This document shows, in pieces, positions 60,775 through 64,000 of a stretch of DNA of 64,000 nt; the stretch's first letter is position 1, and each line of letters opens with the position of its first letter. This DNA is from Gemmatimonadales bacterium (GTDB lineage: Bacteria > Gemmatimonadota > Gemmatimonadetes > Gemmatimonadales > GWC2-71-9), in NCBI GenBank assembly GCA_037189525.1, contig JBBCJC010000002.1, forward strand, positions 480,001 through 544,000, given 5' to 3'. Under the pieces are notes generated by a model that was not told where the DNA came from, searched no databases, and was given only the letters and a program-made list of their open reading frames with translations. The position numbers were made by a program, and so were the translations under genes.

Positions 60775-61236
60775 TTAGAACTCGACGTCGAAGCTGCCGT
60801 TGGTCACCGCCTTGGTGCCCGTGGCACTCGTGCCGGGCGAGGCGATGCCCGTGAACGAGAAAGTGCCCTTCGCACCGTTGGCATCGAGTTCGGTCACCGT
60901 GACCGTGCCGGTGCCGCCGACCATCGACGTGGTCCATGCCTGGGTGGTGCCGATCACCACCTGCGCAATGCCGCCCTGGCCCGCGCCCAGCGTGAACGTG
61001 CCCGGTGCGCTCACGCCGGGAATCGTGATCATGACCTGCTGCTGCGCATTGTTGACCCCGCCGATGGCGAGCACGTTGCTGCTGTGGGTGGCCTGCACCG
61101 CGAGCGAACCGTTCCAGGACTGGCCATCGATGGTCGCAGTGATCGCGCCACCGTTCGGACCGGTACCTTCGTCTCCTCCACAGGCGGCCGCAAACACGAT
61201 CGATGCCACCAACAACGGGCGAACCAAGGCAATCAC
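60775..61236 (-). CDS. Hypothetical lipoprotein (DUF6252-like)
   Basis: GGAG RBS then GTG 61236. Lipobox FAAAC-GG, ITATIDG..W, GTVTVT...GTFSF...VTNGSFDVEF. Confidence 0.7.
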   Translation of the reverse strand: MIALVRPLLVASIVFAAACGGDEGTGPNGGAITATIDGQSWNGSLAVQATHSSNVLAIGGVNNAQQQVMITIPGVSAPGTFTLGAGQGGIAQVVIGTTQAWTTSMVGGTGTVTVTELDANGAKGTFSFTGIASPGTSATGTKAVTNGSFDVEF

Positions 61237-61412
61237 GAGAACTCCTTGCGAATTGATAGAGTAAGCATGTCGACGACCGGCATGCGGAACGCCGGGTAGG
61301 CACGAGTCGGGCCACTCCGCATTCGGCGACGTATGGTCCGCCACCGCTTCGACGGATTTGCGCGAGGTTCGGGAGCGGGTCTATACTATGACTGTCTAGG
61401 TAATGAGCCGAT

Positions 61413-61754
61413 ATGTCCGCTTCACCGACGGAATTTCTCCAGGGGACGCTCGAAGTCCTCATTCTCAAGACCCTGTCCTGGGGGCCGCGGCACGGGTACG
61501 GGATTGCCCAGTGGCTCGAGGACCGGACCGACCAGGCGCTGGTGATCGAGGAGGGGTCACTCTATCCGGCGCTCTATCGGATGGAGCGAAAGGGCTGGAT
61601 CGAGGCGGAGTGGGGCACCTCTGAGCTGGGGCGTAAGGCCAAGTTCTACGCGCTGACGCCAGGTGGCCGAACCCGGTTGCGGGCCGACACGGCCGCGTGG
61701 CGGGCTTTCAGCTCTGCCGTGGCCAGAGTCCTGGATCCCGCGGAATCGAACTGA
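61413..61754 (+). CDS. PadR family transcriptional regulator (ADOP-associated type)
   Basis: [51 protein letters not shown]. Confidence 0.94.
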   Translation: MSASPTEFLQGTLEVLILKTLSWGPRHGYGIAQWLEDRTDQALVIEEGSLYPALYRMERKGWIEAEWGTSELGRKAKFYALTPGGRTRLRADTAAWRAFSSAVARVLDPAESN

Positions 61755-61761
61755 GGCGGTC

Positions 61762-64000
61762 ATGTCCCGATTCCAGTTTGGTCGCCGGCTGCGGTCGGTT
61801 TGGTGGCGGCCTCCGGTGGAAACCGAGGTCGACGACGAAATGGCGTTCCATCTCGCCATGCGGGTCCGCGACCTGGTCGACAGCGGGATGTCCGAAGCAG
61901 AGGCTCGGCAGGAAGCGCTCCGCCGCCTCGGCGATCCGGCCGAGTTGCGGCGCCGTCTGACACGACTGGGTAAGGCACGGGATCATTCGATGCAACGCAC
62001 GGAATGGTGGGCCAGTCTGGTGCAGGATCTCCGGCAGGCCGTTCGCTCGCTGCGCAAACAGCCGGGCTTCACGGCGGCCGCGGCGCTGACGCTGGCGGTC
62101 GGCGTGGGCGCCACGACGGCCATCTTCAGCGTCCTCTACTCGGTCGTGCTCAGGCCGCTGCCGATTCCGGAGCCGGATCGGTTGGTCTGGATCTCCCGGA
62201 CCTGGGAAGGGCGTCCCGGTGGAACCCTCTCGGTCGGTAACTACGCTGATTTGCTAGCTGGGCAGAATACATTGGCATCCTACACGGCCGGCTACTCCGC
62301 TCCGTTCATTCTTGGTTCGGGTGAGCAGCCCGAGTCGGTGCGCGGCGCTCGGGTGACCTCGTCGTTCTTTACCGTGCTCGGCGTTGCCCCGGCTCTCGGG
62401 CGGGTCTTTGCCGCTGCGGAAGACGAACCCGGCGCGGGCTCGGTCGTCGTGCTCAGCCATCGGCTCTGGACCCGGCGCTTTGGGGCGGATCCGGCCGTGG
62501 TCGGCCAGAGCATCCTCCTCAATGCTGTACCGCACATCGTGCTCGGCGTGATGCCGGCGCGGTTCGACTTCTTCGAGAACTGGGACGAACTCTGGGCGCC
62601 TGCCGGATTCAGTACGCGGCAGGCAGCGGACTACGACGGGAGCTATCTGTTCCATGTCTACGGCCGGCTCCGCCCGGGCGCCACGGCGGAACAGACCAAG
62701 GCCGCCATGGCGCCGACCGTGGCACGGCTCCGGGAACAGTATCCCGATTTCAACTCGTCGCTCGAAGTTCACGTCGAGCCTCTGATGCGCGCCGTCCTGA
62801 ATAATGCGGTCGCGGATCGGATCTGGGTGCTGTTCGGAGCGGTGGGCCTGGTGCTGCTGATCGGGTGCGTCAACGTCGCCAATCTGCTGTTGGCGCGCGG
62901 CGTCGGTCGAGCCCGCGAGTTGGCGGTCCGGGCCGCACTCGGCGCCGGGCGCGGACGGATCATCCGTCAGCTGGTGACGGAGAATCTGGTCCTGGCCGCG
63001 CTTGCCGGGCTGCTCGGCCTTGGCGTGGCGCATCTCGGAATCAAGCTGATTCTGGCCGGTGCGCCTCCGAACCTGGCGCGGCTCGACCAGGCGGGCCTCG
63101 ATCTGGCCACCGCCACGTTTGCCGTAGCCGTGGCATTCGGAAGCGTGCTCCTGTTCGGTGTCCTTCCGGCTGCGCGGGTGGCGGCAATGGGCATTGCGAG
63201 CGCGTTGCGCGACGGTTCGCGCGCAGTAGCCGGCGGCGGGGAATGGCTCCGACGCGGGTTGGTGGCGACCGAGGTCGGTCTGGCCCTGGTGCTCCTGGTC
63301 GGCGCGGGGCTTTTGATCCGCACGGCTATCCATCTCGGGCGTGTCGACCCCGGGTTCGATCCGGGGCCCGTGTTGTCGGGGCGAATCAGTTTGCCGCGCG
63401 TCGGATACGAGAGCTGGGAACGCGTCACCCAGACCTATACGCGGATCAGCGAGGAACTGGCGCAGACGCCGGGTATCGAAGCGGCGGCGCTGGTTTCGCA
63501 GGTACCGATGGGGCCGGGCGGGAATACCAATGGTCTGATCCCCGAGGGGCGTCCGATCGAGGGGCGGAGCGCCATCATGGCGCGGCTCCGCCTGGTGACG
63601 CCCGATTACTTCGACGTGATGCGGATTCCGCTGCGTTCCGGCCGCGCCTTCACCGACGATGACCGGATCGGCACGACACGGGTGATGATCGTGAGCGAAG
63701 GATTTGCTCGTGAGGCGTGGCCCGGTCAGGATCCCATCGGCAAGCGGGTCGCCTGTTGTGAGCAGGCTCCCGACCACGGGCCGATGTGGAAGGAGGTCAT
63801 CGGCGTGGCCGGTGATGTCCGCACCAACGGGCCCGCCGAGCGGGCTGAGTTGGAGTACTATTTGCCGATCACTCAGACGCCGGCTGGCGCATGGGAGTGG
63901 CTGGGTCGGACCATGACGTTCGTCGTGCGCGGCCCCCAAGCACCGGCTGCGCTGGGGACGGCCGTCCGCAGTGCCATTGCCACGGTCGATCCGGCGGTGC
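61762..64000 (+). CDS. ADOP-type duplicated ABC permease (3'-truncated by window; absent from ORF track)
   Basis: Hand translation from ATG 61762: [31 protein letters not shown]...[16 protein letters not shown]...[14 protein letters not shown]...[15 protein letters not shown]...[12 protein letters not shown]. Confidence 0.88.
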   Translation, partial: MSRFQFGRRLRSVWWRPPVETEVDDEMAFHLAMRVRDLVDSGMSEAEARQEALRRLGDPAELRRRLTRLGKARDHSMQRTEWWASLVQDLRQAVRSLRKQPGFTAAAALTLAVGVGATTAIFSVLYSVVLRPLPIPEPDRLVWISRTWEGRPGGTLSVGNYADLLAGQNTLASYTAGYSAPFILGSGEQPESVRGARVTSSFFTVLGVAPALGRVFAAAEDEPGAGSVVVLSHRLWTRRFGADPAVVGQSILLNAVPHIVLGVMPARFDFFENWDELWAPAGFSTRQAADYDGSYLFHVYGRLRPGATAEQTKAAMAPTVARLREQYPDFNSSLEVHVEPLMRAVLNNAVADRIWVLFGAVGLVLLIGCVNVANLLLARGVGRARELAVRAALGAGRGRIIRQLVTENLVLAALAGLLGLGVAHLGIKLILAGAPPNLARLDQAGLDLATATFAVAVAFGSVLLFGVLPAARVAAMGIASALRDGSRAVAGGGEWLRRGLVATEVGLALVLLVGAGLLIRTAIHLGRVDPGFDPGPVLSGRISLPRVGYESWERVTQTYTRISEELAQTPGIEAAALVSQVPMGPGGNTNGLIPEGRPIEGRSAIMARLRLVTPDYFDVMRIPLRSGRAFTDDDRIGTTRVMIVSEGFAREAWPGQDPIGKRVACCEQAPDHGPMWKEVIGVAGDVRTNGPAERAELEYYLPITQTPAGAWEWLGRTMTFVVRGPQAPAALGTAVRSAIATVDPAV

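Overview
High-GC bacterial chromosomal segment with no rRNA, CRISPR array or transposase/integrase gene. The gene content (PadR plus orphan duplicated ABC permeases, many signal-peptide hydrolases, Hanks kinases, TonB receptor) suggests a Gram-negative Gemmatimonadota/Acidobacteriota-like organism; this taxonomy is an inference. It holds about 49 CDS: secreted peptidases and serine hydrolases, an IorAB-type molybdoenzyme, an ECF sigma/anti-sigma operon, tag, a fatty-acid desaturase, an RNA methyltransferase-hrpB pair, a thiolase/FadB pair, two tandem Ser/Thr kinases with Sel1 repeats, efp and three ADOP-type permeases, plus one tRNA-Phe(GAA). Right after the tRNA lies an integrase-less islet encoding a mobile mystery A/B (XRE + Fic) pair and a very AT-rich spacer with a perfect 16-bp inverted repeat and IHF-consensus sites. 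The best candidate for an undescribed system is a translationally coupled two-gene module (42746-47304): a 1017-aa protein with an unknown N-terminal domain and long beta-solenoid-like repeats, followed by a 502-aa repeat plus multi-TM protein with a pore-loop-like segment. Other notable signals are an EF-P with Asn at the normally modified Lys/Arg tip, a 131-nt hairpin with 28-bp perfect arms, and several clear operator-like palindromes. All family assignments come from motif recognition by eye, not database searches, and many start codons were trimmed from the ORF track using RBS and signal-peptide evidence.
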